DNA of 64,000 bases from Podarcis melisellensis (GCA_964234715.1 OZ174280.1), one strand, 5' to 3'; positions 1-12,703 are shown, counted from the first letter of the stretch. The notes: generated by a model not told the origin, from the letters alone. Program-made: numbers and translations.

Positions 1-338
1 ATCTGAATTGAAATGGCTATTGACTATCCACTGTCTTCACTTTTCCATAGCTTTTATATGTTATGTTTTTTCTTTCTTTAAGTGAAGATGTACCAGAACC
101 ATATTTTAAAAGGCAATGGGTGAGAATTCCTTTTCCTTCGAGTTTGGACATTTTAAGGTAGAATCATAGAATTCTATGAAAATATGAGTAATACACTGCA
201 GAATTGGTAGGGGCCACTAAGAACCAAATCAATCCTTCTGAGCTGAGATGGGTATCTCCTGTGCTCCATCCTTTCATTTGTCCAGCACCGGGGATATTTG
301 GATGATGTAGTTGCTTAGCTTTTCATATCTTACAAAGC

Positions 339-461
339 CAGTGTGGGGGACCTTTGGCCCTCCAGATGTTGCTGTACGACAACTCCTATCAGCCCCAGCA
401 AGGGATGATGTGAGTTGTGGTTCAGCAAACAATTGGAGGGCCAAATGTCATCCCTTCACTG
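339..461. mobile_element. Short palindromic non-autonomous DNA transposon (lizard hAT-type MITE), degenerate
   Basis: CAGTGTGGGGGACCTTTGGCCCTCCAGATGTTG...GGAGGGCCAAATG...CACTG inverted arms; same family as 25200, 33065, 48742 and 57664. Confidence 0.7.
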
Positions 462-1650
462 CCGCCCACACCTGCTATAAAGAATTATTCATTGTGTAAA
501 GCACCTTCCCTCCATCTTCAGGCTCCATTTGTAGCAAATGAATATTGAAGGTGGAATCCCTTCCCATTGGCACTGCTGTTTTAAGTGCTCTGCTGCTTTA
601 ATTACCTTGGCTTAGGCTAGCCTATTCTGTCTGGTTATCTTGGTACACTGTTACCTCTCCTGCGAAACTACGGTGCAGCCAGATTTCACATTTTAGTGCC
701 ATGAAAGAGGAGGGAGCTCATCTTTAGAGAGGCAAACATCAGGCTAAGGAGGGTGGTTCAGGCAAATGCTGCCTGCATCTGATCACTTCAGACTTGTGCT
801 GAAGTCTCGAGGGGCAGTGATGAAAAGCTAGAGACTACTGTGAATCATAGTGAATATATGATCAACCTTGAATTTCTGTGGCTTTTTATGTAACCTTTGC
901 AGAAAACTTGATGTAAATACAGATTACATTCCTAGTTCCATCTTCTTGAAATCTATTCCACTATTGTATGGCATTGGCTGTGGTCCTTCCTGATATCCTT
1001 CACTGAGGTGAATAATTTAACTGTGATTTGATGAGGAGTCTGAGCCACCAAACCTTTGCACGTTCATGCTTGCTCTCTCTTTCTCAGAGCCCTAGGTGAC
1101 CTTTCTCTTGTACCTTTGGCCCCAGATAGCTGTCTGGTTCCTTTCTGGCAGCTACAGGGTGGCCACTTGGCCTTGCAGAATGGCTGCAGGCCATTGACTG
1201 ACTTGAATGTGGGAGATCCCTTTGCCTCCAGCTCCTCCTGCCCACCCCCTTTTCCAGAATCTGACTTACATTTGGGCAGGCCAAATGAACTCTGTTCTTC
1301 CTTTTTGTTGAAGTGATCTCAGACCTGAGCATATGTGCTTCCTCTCAGTTCCTTCATCAGGATGGTGTCTTAGTATTTTGTTTTTCAATTTCACACCTCT
1401 AATACTACAAGTTCTGATCCCGGAATTGGCTTGGATCCTTCTAAGCCAAACAGAGTGCGCTCCCAAATGTCCTCCATGAAGCTCAGGGAGGGCCTCTTCA
1501 TTCCATTTGTCTGCCTCTGTGTTGCAGTGTCAATAGATACCTTAGCTAAGGGCTTCATCTCTGTATAAGCCATGGAATAAATTCTCATGCCTGGCAACAC
1601 CTCAGTTCAGTCAGAGGGAGCATGTTATAGCATCAACCCAGGTGGGGATA

Positions 1651-1760
1651 GGTTTATTTTGTATATGAATGATTTTTAATGAATGCAATATTATTCCTTG
1701 CAGATGAGCAATAAATCATTACGCAAAATCTAAATAAAATGATTAGAAAAATACCTCTGG
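1651..1760 (+). other. Putative 3' end/polyadenylation region of the upstream gene (AHCYL1 expected by mammalian synteny)
   Basis: AT-rich block with two AATAAA hexamers (1710-1715, 1733-1738). No coding exon is recognisable in 1-4400, so identity rests only on recalled gene order. Confidence 0.3.
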
Positions 1761-4165
1761 CTTGAGTTTTTAAATAATCTTCTAAATAATCAGTGCCACA
1801 GTTTGCGCTGTCCAAGGAAACAAGTTGCCAGCACACTTTCAACTGCAAGATTCCAGTTTTATTCCATCCACAGAGCAAATCATTTATCTCATAGGATGTC
1901 TGTGGGTTGAGAAGATATACAAATCCCTGATGTCAGAGCTCAAGGAAGAGCTTGGTATCTCTGCTTCTCTTCCTCCCTGAAGTAGACTTTGCAGCAGGAA
2001 TGGAGAAACCCTACTCTGTGAGTCAGATGTGGCCTGTAGTTAGCCCTTCAGGGGTGCTCAGTGGGAAGCAGCTGAGGGGGGAAATGCCATGGTTTTTTAA
2101 AACATAACAAAACATACCAAAAATATACACTATGCAAATATGGGTAAGTCCTAATGTTATCAGTCTTTATGAGAAAACAAAATTCTGTATAAATTAACTA
2201 GGGTAAATGCTTTTGTTGGGTGAAATGCACACTTTCAAAATGTTCCTCTGAAGTAAGATCTGTTGGAAGAAGATCAAAGTAAATTTTAAAAATGTTTCAG
2301 CAGAAAGGTAGATTACTGTTCCTTGCAAAGATGAAAAAAAAATGTCCAGGCAATCTGCAGTTGCACGCATGCAATTTTCAGGATGCAGATGGATTTTGAA
2401 ATTTTAGGTTTCAAATAGCTGTAAGACACAGCTTTGCAGTTCCTCTGTACTTTAAACATTGCTTGCATTTCTCTGATGGAATTACTGATTACTCTTTGCC
2501 TTTTGCACAATTAGCATAGAGACAACAGTGAATAGAAGCTTTACTCTTTTAAAACTTTTTTTTAAAGCTTAGGAAGAAAATGGAAATTTGAGTGGAGTTG
2601 CTAAGAAAAAAGCCCCTTGTTTTCATAGGAAATACCATCTTGTATGTCTCTGTATATGTTAAGAATGTGTGATTGGTGTGTTGATATGGCCCCAGCCCTA
2701 CTTTTCAGGAAGGGAATAACTGCCATTAAGTTAGCATTAGAAACTCTGTTGAAATAGAATCCTATATCCAAGCTTCCAGAAGCAAACACACTTCTATGGC
2801 TGTCTAGCCACACTGGATGCAAAACAAACCTAAGCTTGTTCCCATTGCTAATAAAATAGTGATAGTGTTAGGCTTTCCATGCAAGCTTTAGTTGTTGAGA
2901 TCACATTAACACAACCTACACTGAACTATTTGGTTTTTAAAAATAAATAAATGGTACGTAACATTATTTCTATCCCTATAAGTCCACAGTCCATAAAAGA
3001 GTGTATGGATATACCAGACATCTTGATCTTGCTTGCTGTAGTCCAAGAAACTCTTCTCATTGTAGTGGGCAGAGGCAGTTCATATTGTTCCCTCATTTAC
3101 TTCTTTCTTGTGAACACATTTCACATCTTTAATGCTTTCTGTTTGTTAAATTGTTGTGACTGAATATGGCCTAAAGCATTCTGCAATTATCTACAATCCT
3201 TTTCCACAATGGACCATCCCTGATTCCATTGGACCCCCTCAATGTCAGATGTTCCTATTGCTACCACACCTTTCTGTTCTGCTTCTGTATGGCTACTAAT
3301 ACTTTAGTAGCCTGGTCATGTGCATACTGGTTGGTGGTCCCCAATATTCTCAAGTAGCAGGCAAGTGAAAGGCCATCCCACCAGTGCTACATTACAGATA
3401 TGCCAGTGATGCTATCACAAGTGTATATTTCAAGCATTTGCGGCTTTTGCCAATGTTTTTGATAAGGTAAGATTGTACAGTACTTTTATTAATGTCCTTA
3501 CAACTACCCTACTGCAGGTTTTTTTGTTTGTTAAAAATCAGCTCATTAAAAGATTAAACAAGCCAAAGGTAAAAGTGATAGGATCCACATAGTGTTCAAG
3601 TAGGTTTTCTTCTGCACATGAATAAATACTAGCATGAGCTGGAACGTAGGGCTCAGCTTGCAGAGTGTTAATAATGAATGTCCACGGTGTCTCCCTCTTT
3701 CCAAGTTCAAGATGCTGTTAAAGTAGTAAGCAGGCAGATCTTAAAAACATGCAGCAAACTGTTAACACTGAATAGTGGTTTGCCATGGAAACTATTTAAA
3801 TACAGTGCTGCATTGCAGTATTAAAGGCACTGATGACCTATGCGTTTGGATTCATAGAAATTTGGTAAGGCACTGTAAGACTGCACTAAGAAACATTAGG
3901 CCTTTTAAGCCCTATCTCAAAGGCACACTGTTCTATTTAAATAGAATGCATGGATAATCGTAAAATCCTTATTGAGCTGCTTCACAAGTGCAACCCTAGT
4001 TGCTGTAATAGATTTTTCCAACATGTGCATGTAGGAGTGAGTGATCCAGAAAGTGTGTCGCAGATGTGCGTCTGGGACCCTTTTTGAAATGTCCAGTTTC
4101 TCTTTCTTGCCCTTCCTTTATTTAGATGCGTACCGGTAATTTTCAGAGCGCTTGCCAAGTTCCAA

Positions 4166-4250
4166 CGAGAGTCTTGTGGCACATAACGAATTTATTGTGC
4201 CTTAAGCTTTTCTATTTGAGTCTCCTCTGTCAGATGTACGAAGTGTCCTC
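4166..4250 (-). mobile_element. Degenerate Penelope-like pseudo-LTR fragment
   Basis: GAGTCTTGTGGCAC...AATTTATT...TAAGCTTT...TCAGATG resembles the recalled sauropsid Penelope terminal sequence with a decayed hammerhead core. Confidence 0.5.
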
Positions 4251-4479
4251 AGTTGGCATGAATATATGCGTAAGTGGGGGAAATGTGAACAGTGGAATCG
4301 AATGACGGTGAAATGCAGGAAGTGCCTTCTGTATTGCACTGCCGTTTGATTCCGGCGTTCACAATTTTTTCTCTCCGCCCCTGCGTACAGCCTGTGTTTC
4401 TTGCACCCTTGTGCACTTGTCCATCATGAAGCTGCTGCTTTTGAGATGACGATTTGAGAGCTAAACCCTTCTGCATAAG

Positions 4480-5200
4480 CGCGCTTCACTTGCACCGTCT
4501 GTGGGACTTTACGTGACAGCTCCCGGCTATAGCCAAACGAGCCTCCGTCGCCTTGGGGACCATTTCACAGGCTTTACAAAAACCGGAGAAATGCCAGCTT
4601 TCAGACAGCGCCGCCTTTAAGAGGATAACGCGACGCAACCAAGATGGCTGCCGCGCCAGGTCACAAGAGTCCTTTGATCCGCTGGCCATTCTCAATCTGT
4701 TCCTGTCGTTTCCATGAAACAAGAGCTTCTCATCTTAGCCAAGCCCATCCGCCACGCTCAAGATGGCGTCGCTTCCTGCGAGAACCTAGCGCTGCCTCGG
4801 CCCAGTTCGCGCGAGAGCTGCCGGCGCGTCGAGATGGAGCCGGGCGGCGGCGGCGGAGGTCCGGGCTTGCTGATTGTCAACAACAAGCAACGGGGCGCGG
4901 GGCTCGGGCTGGCGGCGCCGGCGACGCCGGGGGTGAAGGGCCGAGAGCCCAACCGCAACCAGCGCAAGGACTCGGAGGTCAGGCGGGGCGGCGAGGGGCT
5001 CCGGGTGGGGGGAAGGACGTGTCCTCGCCCACTCGCCGCTTCCTACCCAAGTCTCAAGGAGCCGGGAGGAGGGAGGGAGCGGCTCTCTCTGGGTGACTCC
5101 GGCTTCCCTCACCTGTCGGGCCTTGCATGTCACCAGCGGTTTAAAAATAGAGATGAAATAGACGGGGGAGGGGGGTCGGGATGTCCCTGCGCTGACAGTG
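4480..5200 (+). promoter_or_regulatory. STRIP1: STRIP1 CpG-island promoter
   Basis: Sharp CpG/GC enrichment around exon 1; two YY1-type AAGATGGC motifs (4641-4648, 4760-4768); no TATA box seen. Confidence 0.85.
4834..4977 (+). CDS. STRIP1: STRIP1 exon 1
   Basis: MEPGGGGGGPGLLIVNNKQ...NRNQRKDSE | GTCAGG donor. Confidence 0.92.
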
Positions 5201-5752
5201 GACGTGCAATGGTTAGTCTCCACCCAAGCCTTGGCTTCCCTCCCCTCCTTTACTCACGCGAAGCCATTTCCCAAATAAAGGCTCTTTCCCATCCCCATAC
5301 GAATAGGAGCCTGCCGTGGTCACAAGGCAGCTGCTTCCTCCTCCTGCAAAAAGTGCAACTTTTGGGAAAACCCTCCCCATCCTTCTGCCTTTTGTTTGCA
5401 GCGCAGAAGCTTGCTCACAAGTAAGCTGCCCTGTGCCCAGGGGCCCTTACGCTCGAGTAAGGGTTGCCTGTAGGGTCCTATCTGTATACATTTACTTGGG
5501 AGTTAAGTTCCGTGGGTTTTGTAACTCTGAACAGATCTTGTCCAGGTTGCACGGCAGTCTGCGAAACTTGAGTTCCAGGCAAGCCTTAAAAGTGCGAAGT
5601 TGCCGAGCAATGTGGCAAAGCAGGTTTCAGGGAGAGGAGCATTGCCGTAGTCATCTGCAAGTTACCATAGTAACAGTGAAGCTGCGTGGGGAAAGTCGAG
5701 AGCCCTTTCATGCTGAGCCCAAGTTTTATTTTAAACTGTCCTCTTCACCCAG

Positions 5753-5822
5753 GGTTATTCGGAATCTCCAGATTTTGAGTTTGAATATGCAGACACAGAC
5801 AAGTGGGCTGCTGAGCTGTCAG
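5753..5822 (+). CDS. STRIP1: STRIP1 exon 2
   Basis: cag|GYSESPDFEFEYADTDKWAAELS|gtaaac. Confidence 0.95.
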
Positions 5823-6942
5823 GTAAACTGTGAACTGCTTTACTCTAATATTGTGCTTTGTTTTGAAACAGTTTCATTTTATTATAATGGATGTTGCTAC
5901 AAAGTAAAAATCAAGCCTATGTGAAAATTCAACGGTTTTGTTTGAGTTGCTGCTTCCTATATTCATTGTTAGTTGCTTTCAGGTTTTATCTTGTGATTAC
6001 CGCTGTGTGAGGAAAGTTGTTTCGAGTGGAAGTGATATCCACATAAAAGCTCTCAGTTTATATTTTCTGACCCACCCTGGATAATTTTTTAATGAAGAGC
6101 AAGTTAGAGGTGTTCTAAATAAAAAAAATAATTCTGCTATAAATAAATAGTGTGTCTTAGATTTTGCTTTAAGTATACATATGTACTTTTGAATATTCAG
6201 TCAGTATTATGTGTTCCTATTTTACTTCAATAGGAGAGATGTGCAGACATTGCCCAGACTCATCTATCATGTTCCGCTTGTAAAACCCAGTGCAAGGACA
6301 ACTGCTAGAGCAGTGGGGCTTCTCCACCTCCACTGTGAGCCCCCTGCACCTTCCCAAATTCACTCAGAAAGGTATCCAGCAATAGGAGATATCCAGTAAC
6401 AGTGCAGGGAGGGAGGAAAGGAAAGATGGTTCCATCAGGCAAGCAGAAATCCTTTCACTGATGGAACAATTTCCTTAGCGCTACGCAGAATCCTACCCAT
6501 TAGGCTTAACCATTGCTTGTTCTGTAACTACAGTTAAGTGTTGCTTACACCTGAATACCTACATCATGGTTAAGGGTTGTCTGCAAACTACTTATGTTAA
6601 GTAATGAGTCTGAAGTAGGTTTGTAAACCATGTTTTGTATTAACCATGGTACATCTACATCAATCAGTTTAGTTCTCCCTGCATCTCCACGATCTTTTTT
6701 CTTGCAAAGTTATGAGCAGGCCTCATTGGTGTGGTTCCCACCCTACAGGGGCAGGGCTTAGCTTGAGAAAGCTCACCCATGGTAGCAATTTTCAAATAAT
6801 GCCATCTTCTCTAACACTCTGTGTTATGAACATTCTTCCACTTGTCATGACAAATAGCTGTCTCCAGTCATGTTGCTTTAAACCGTGCTCAGGTATTGTA
6901 TAACATATAACTTGGTTTTGTGTATTTATTATCTTATGGCAG

Positions 6943-7017
6943 AACTGTACAGTTACACTGAAGGTCCGGAATTCCAGCTCAACAGAAAATGCTTTGAGGA
7001 AGATTTTAGACTGCATG
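6943..7017 (+). CDS. STRIP1: STRIP1 exon 3
   Basis: cag|ELYSYTEGPEFQLNRKCFEEDFRLH|gtaaga. Confidence 0.95.
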
Positions 7018-7211
7018 GTAAGAGTGATGTATTGTCTTTTTGCTGTGAAAATGTCTTGTAGAGTTGCTTTGTGTGTGCTCTAGAAATTGGTCTTTGTGTG
7101 CTCAAAATGTAAGATTTTTCTCTTTGTGATAGAAATAAAATATGAAAGGATTGATTGCTAAATCAAGTATGTTCTTCCATCTTTCCATGAAACTTTGCTT
7201 TTATTTTAATC

Positions 7212-7260
<49 letters not shown>

Positions 7261-7630
7261 TTGTATACCTCCCTTCATCCAAAGATGGTTCACAACATAA
7301 AAATACAAAACGTGAGCACAAAATACATACCGTAATAAAGAACCCCCAAACAAACCAATAACACCCCTCCAAACCAATGACACATTTAAAAAGGTATAGA
7401 ATGTTTCAACAGCCATAGCCCCGGTTATAGAGAAACCTTTTCATCTGGTGCCTAAAGGTATGTAATGAAGGCTTCAGGCAAACCTCTCCATGGAGAGCAT
7501 TCCACAAATGGAGAGCCACTGCAGAAAAGGTTCTTTCTCATGTTTCCACCCTGGACCTCTCATGGAGGAGGCAAACAAAGAAGGGCCTCAGGTGATGATT
7601 GCAGGGTCTGGTATTGTGGTCCTGAGCCAT
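7212..7630 (-). mobile_element. L2-type LINE 3' fragment with (TAT)n microsatellite tail
   Basis: (TAT)n run at ~7212-7258 followed by TTTGTATACCTCCC... sequence similar to the L2-like 3' ends at 8683 and 37050. Confidence 0.55.
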
Positions 7631-7954
7631 TTAATTGTATTTTAAGCAAATCTTGAGTTTTTGGAAGCAATGGAAGGTATTTAAGGTAAATGAGAGGGCC
7701 TGATATCATAGCATAGGATCCTTATTTATGAATTTTCTGAATGTTCTAGTGTGCCAGTCTGAAGGGTGCTTACCACAGCTTTTAACTCATAAGAAATGCA
7801 AGGGCTTTTGGGTTCTTATGAATTCAGCCTGACCCCCCAGACTCTTCTAAAGCAAAGTTGCCCTGTGACTTGTGAGGCTAAAGCTCCCTGATCTTTGAGG
7901 GTCTGTTTTGTAGTTTCAGAAAGCAGCCTTATATCAAACTGTTTGACTTTACAG

Positions 7955-8089
7955 TGCTGGATAAAAAATGGACAGAGTTGGACACCGATCAACATCGTAC
8001 CCATGCCATGAGGCTTCTTGATGGCCTGGAAGTCACTGCTCGGGAGAAAAGACTGAGGGTAGCCCGAGCCATCCTCTATGTTGCACAAG
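7955..8089 (+). CDS. STRIP1: STRIP1 exon 4
   Basis: cag|VLDKKWTELD...ARAILYVAQ|gtatac. Confidence 0.95.
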
Positions 8090-8682
8090 GTATACCTTTA
8101 TTACTGCCAGAGGAAATTCTCAGTTATGAAATGTTTGCTAGTTGCTGTGTAATGTCTTCATGGAATATTTATTAACATGGTACTTGAGTGAAACCAAGCC
8201 TGTTTTTTGAAAAAGAAAGAAAGAACAGAGATGAAGGAAATTTGTTTGTTACTACCTTTATTGCATAAATGACTGAGAGCAGTATCCTGCTAAATAGATC
8301 CACTAGTGCAGAGATTTCCACTTGTACAATGAAACCTCCTCCCTCTCTGCCAAATATGTGTGCCAAATCTGTTCCAGAGAGTTGAAGAGAAACCCAGAAC
8401 AGATTTAGGAGGTATGCAAGGAGAGGAGAGGATGGAGAACTTCTGTTGTACAAGCAAAAATCCTTGCACTAGCAGATCTATTTAGCTGGATACCACCCTT
8501 ACTCAGTTTCATTTTTATTTTTAGTTGTTTGGGGCTAGATTCTAGACTTACAGTCACTTTTCATAGTAAACCAAGATGGTTGTCCATCTTTGCTCATAGT
8601 GTGCCTGAACATCAGAGCTGACAGAGGCAGCAGTTTGTAGTTGACTATCACATATGTAGATATAATTAACCTGAGTAGTTGC

Positions 8683-9563
8683 TATTATTATCATCATCAA
8701 AGTTATATCCCACCCTTCCACTCAAAGGAGCCCAGGACAGCAAGCGCACAAATAATGAAACATTTAAAAGCAATTCCAATTGAAATGCAACCTGTAAAAG
8801 GCTTGCTGAAAGAAGAAGGTGCCAAAAAGACAACAGAGGCGGTCCCTGTGTAATATTTAATGGGAGGGAATTCCAAAGAATGGGTGCCACATCACAAAAG
8901 ATCTGATTCCTATATTTTGCAGAATGGTCTGACCCCCATGCTCAGTTAGTTATCTGCATGAGGCCCTCACCTACAGAGCAGTTATTTGTTAGGTAAATAA
9001 GGGGCAAGGCGATCTTTTGGGTATCCTGGTCCCAAGCTGTATAGGGCTTTATGCACCAAAACCAACACCCTGAACTTAGCCCAGTAACTAATTGGCAGCC
9101 AGTGCAGTTCTTTTAGCAGCTATGTAAGATGGTGGCAGTAGCCTGCCACAGTGAGCAGTCGAGCCATCTCATTTTGCACTACCTGCAGCTTCAGGACTAG
9201 CTTCAAGGGTTGCCCTGCATAGAAAACATTGCATTAATTCAGCCTGCAGATTACCAGCACATGGGTGACAGTGGCCCAGTCCCGAAATGGCCATAGCTGT
9301 CGTATTGGCCAAAACCGGTAGAAGGCACTCCTGGCCACTAAGAGCACTTGGGCCTCTACTGACAACTATGGATCTGGGAGCACTCCTGGATGAGCCTGCT
9401 CTTTAAGTGAGAGTACAACCCTATCCAAAGTAGGGAGTTGGCCAATTATTAAGAACCTGCCACCCAAAACACTTCCATCTTGCCAGGATTCAAAGTCAGT
9501 TTGTTGGCCCTCATCCAGCCCACCACCAAGTCCAGGCAGTGGTCCAGAGCTTGCATGGTCTCC
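8683..9563 (-). mobile_element. L2 (CR1-group) LINE 3' fragment, degenerate RT C-terminus
   Basis: Minus-strand peptide ALDHCLDLVVGWMRANKLTLNPGKMEV is typical of the L2 ORF2 'WM..NKL.LNP.KTE' motif; simple-repeat tail near 8683. Confidence 0.8.
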
Positions 9564-9953
9564 ATATTAGTACAGATGCATGATATTGCATTAGTGACAT
9601 ATTTCCATTGCACCAAATATTCAGGCAACAGAGGTTGTTCGGTGGGATTATCCCTTGAGATGTTGGTGTGATCAAGTGCCATCAAGTCCCACTGGAAGCC
9701 ATGTTTCGTTTTATAATTGTGTAACACTCTTGTTCTCTGTCCTGCAGCAGGTTCCAGATGCTGCAGGAAGCTGACATTCTAGCCGGTTGTTTTCATAGTA
9801 CTGTATTATAATTTTTGTGTTATTTTAATTTTGTGAATTCTCTGCCCTTAGGCATAAGAATCAGGAAAAACATATCAGTTATGAAGAACAATAACATGCT
9901 TTATCTGTAAAATGGAGAGCAAATTGGTATGATTTTTGTTTTTGTGGCTGCAG

Positions 9954-10074
9954 GCACATTTGATGAGTGCAGCTCTGAAGCTGAAGTTCAGTCCTGGATG
10001 CGATACAACATTTTCCTTCTGCTTGAAGTTGGCACATTCAATGCTTTGGTGGAACTTTTGAACATGGAAATTGA
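9954..10074 (+). CDS. STRIP1: STRIP1 exon 5
   Basis: cag|GTFDECSSEAEVQSWMRYNIF...LLNMEI|gtgagt. Confidence 0.95.
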
Positions 10075-10916
10075 GTGAGTTCCATGTTGCTGCAGAGTTG
10101 GGCCTCTGAGAGGAATGTAGGCTGTTTAGATAGCCTGGTTATGATCTGCCCCACCAGGGTATATATTTTTACAGCTTGTGAATGATCAGATGCCAGATTC
10201 ATTCTGGTATTCATCCAATTTTTATCTGATTCCATAGAAAGCCCTAGAGTTTAGGACTGGAGTATTAAGGCAGTAGGGTAACACTGCAAGTTCTTTTCAC
10301 CTACCTTTCCAGTATCTGATTAAGAAATGCTATCTTTCTGGTAATGGAAATAAAACAAGTAATCTAGAATAATTTTAATTTTAATTATTCATTTATAATA
10401 ATTGTATTAATATTATTAATGATACTATATTATAATACTTTGTAGTGCCAAACAAGAATCACTTACTTTTGAGGATGGCGTTGTTGTTCTTGCAGCTAAA
10501 AACTAAAACCGGTTCGATAGAAAGATTAGTATATACTGGACTCAGATGAATGCCTCTCTAGCCCACTCCTTTGATCTCAGTAGGATCAAAAATGTTCCTA
10601 CTCAGTTATCTAAAAAAAAAGGAACACAAAGTTTTATAGAATGTCTAGTAATTTGGTTCTATGGAGCAGATGCTTCTCTCGTAGTTGAATTCAGTCCAGT
10701 TTGTAAGATCTCATAGCAACTGTTTTTGGCAGCTGCTGTTGGATATGTAAAGGAATTAGAGCATGTGCAGAGTGGTGCCTAGCTGCAGAGAAAGGCCACA
10801 GGATATGCAAACTGTACGCTGCTGTTTTCATGTTATAATCTTAATGTGTAAAAAAAGCCTTTGATCCCAGATTGTAGGCAGCAAGAGCTAAGTTGATGTT
10901 GCTTCTTTTCTCTCAG

Positions 10917-10985
10917 CAACAGTGCTGCCTGCAGCAGTGCTGTGAGGAAGCCTGCCATCTCCCTGGCTGACAGCACCGATCTGAG
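10917..10985 (+). CDS. STRIP1: STRIP1 exon 6
   Basis: cag|NSAACSSAVRKPAISLADSTDL|gtgagg. Confidence 0.95.
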
Positions 10986-11187
10986 GTGAGGAATATTGGC
11001 ATATAGGCCACAGGTGTGATGAGATTTCCCTGTGAAGGACTCATGAGTTTAAAAGAATGCTTTGCTTTCCTTTCCTCCGCAGCCTTTCCTCTATTTGCAT
11101 ATTCTCTTGTGTTCTTTTGAATCATGGCATTTAGAGGTGGAAAGGACCTTTTACACCATATAGTGCAACTACAGCATAGCCTTCCAG

Positions 11188-11498
11188 CAGGGGTGGTAAT
11201 ATTTTTTCAGCCCGAGGGTCACATGCCAATAGTGGACAGGACAGAGGAAAAAGTGGGCAGAGCAACTAATGTGAATTTGTATACCTTTGTATACCAGGCA
11301 GTTTCTTCACACACATCCTTCTGTCTTCCATCCACGGAAGCAAGAAGCATGATCAGAGTTCAAGGGACATATTCCAGCTAGGCAAAACACTTAAGGAGAG
11401 GCCAGATGAGGGTTTATGGCTAAGGAAGAGACTTGAGTACCTGACAGAAAGGCCTGAGAAACTGCATGTGGCCTCAGGTCTGAGGTTGCCCATCCCTG
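11188..11498. mobile_element. Non-autonomous hAT-like DNA transposon
   Basis: Termini CAGGGGTGG...CCCATCCCTG; target-site duplication eroded. Confidence 0.55.
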
Positions 11499-11678
11499 CT
11501 TTAAGTATCTACTTGAATACTTCTCTGACATTTGCGCAAGAATGAGATTTATAGATTTGATGCAGCATACTGTTGTGCCTTAAGTTGTCTGCATTGATCT
11601 AATGGACTTGGGTGTGTGTATGAAAAGATAGGTAACCAAACCCAACGCATAGAGTATGTTAGGAAGAAACACTGTGTA

Positions 11679-11839
11679 CAGTGGTACCTTGGGTTACATA
11701 CGCTTCAGGTTACAGACTCCACTAACCCAGAAATAGTGCTTCAGGTTAAGAACTTTGCTTCAGGATGACAACAGAAATCAGTTTCAGGTTAAGTACGGAC
11801 CTCCGGAACGAATTAAGTACTTAACCTGAGGTACCACTG
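11679..11839. mobile_element. Tc1/mariner (pogo/Tigger-like) MITE
   Basis: TA|CAGTGGTACCTTGGGTTA...TAACCTGAGGTACCACTG|TA: terminal inverted repeats with TA duplication. Confidence 0.88.
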
Positions 11840-12265
11840 TACTAGCTAACACTGTGTGCTAGTGGCGGTGCACAGTATAATCACCTCATCTGTAGTGAAA
11901 CCTCTATAGCTGGAAAATGGCGAGTTCTTCCAGGAGATGCTTGTGGTTTATGTAAAGATACACCCACTAGAATGAGTACAATTTTTTTTTTAGCAATACA
12001 GGTTGCTAAGCAACAGTCACCTTGGCAATATAGACTGGGAGCAGGAGGAAAATGCTGGCTTCTTTCTGTAAAACTTGTCATCTTCTCGTTGTGCCAAGCA
12101 TATAATGTTGCTACTTCTGATGAAGCCGGGGGGGGGGGGGATCACTTGTGCACACTTTGCTAGTCTAGCCCCCTCTCTCCTACCCCTGCAGTTTTGAATA
12201 AGCTGAGCCATATTGTCAGAGTTTGCCTTTCTAACCTGCTTGGTCTTTGCAATCCATTTTTGCAG

Positions 12266-12372
12266 GGTGCTGCTGAATATTATGTACCTTATCGTAGAGA
12301 CTGTCCGTCAGGAATGTGAAGGAGACAAGCCTGAGTGGAAGACCATGAGACAGACCTTTAGAGCAGAACTAG
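12266..12372 (+). CDS. STRIP1: STRIP1 exon 7
   Basis: cag|VLLNIMYLIVETVRQECEGD...FRAEL|gtaagg. Confidence 0.95.
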
Positions 12373-12657
12373 GTAAGGATTCTGTTGCTGCCCATTTTGT
12401 GTTTGTTAAGGCTGTTTTATAAGTCTCTTGATTTGAAGTAGGTATCAGTAAGCCAGTAAGGTGCAATTACTTTGTTGCAAGAAAAACTGCCTAGCCAGGT
12501 GTGGAAAGGTATCTTTTTTCATTTGAGCTAAATGGGCAGGATGTTTAGAATTAAACTGAAGCAGGGACAGTGTATACATAGACCAGAAGAAATACAGTGG
12601 TTATGGACAATATAACGGCTGTTATGTTGGACCTACTAGTGAATTGACGGCAGAGGG

Positions 12658-12703
12658 TGGGGTTGGAATATATACAGCTGATGGGGTTGGAATATATACA
12701 GCT
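12658..12703. repeat. 24-bp tandem duplication
   Basis: TGGGGTTGGAATATATACAGCT(GA) x2. Confidence 0.9.

Noticed and set aside
1-4400. AHCYL1 coding exons
   Set aside because: No AHCY-like peptide (e.g. the terminal GPFKPNYYRY) seen; at most UTR sequence is present.
4644-5924. Long overlapping ORFs (150, 236, 145 and 202 aa) around the STRIP1 start
   Set aside because: Explained by stop-codon scarcity in a GC-rich island and read-through from exon 1 into intron 1; no recognisable domains.
8090-8100. STRIP1 intron 4 donor GTATACCTTT resembling a U12 donor (GTATCCTTT)
   Set aside because: An extra A breaks the consensus and there is no TCCTTAAC-type branch site before the acceptor at 9953; treated as a U2 intron.
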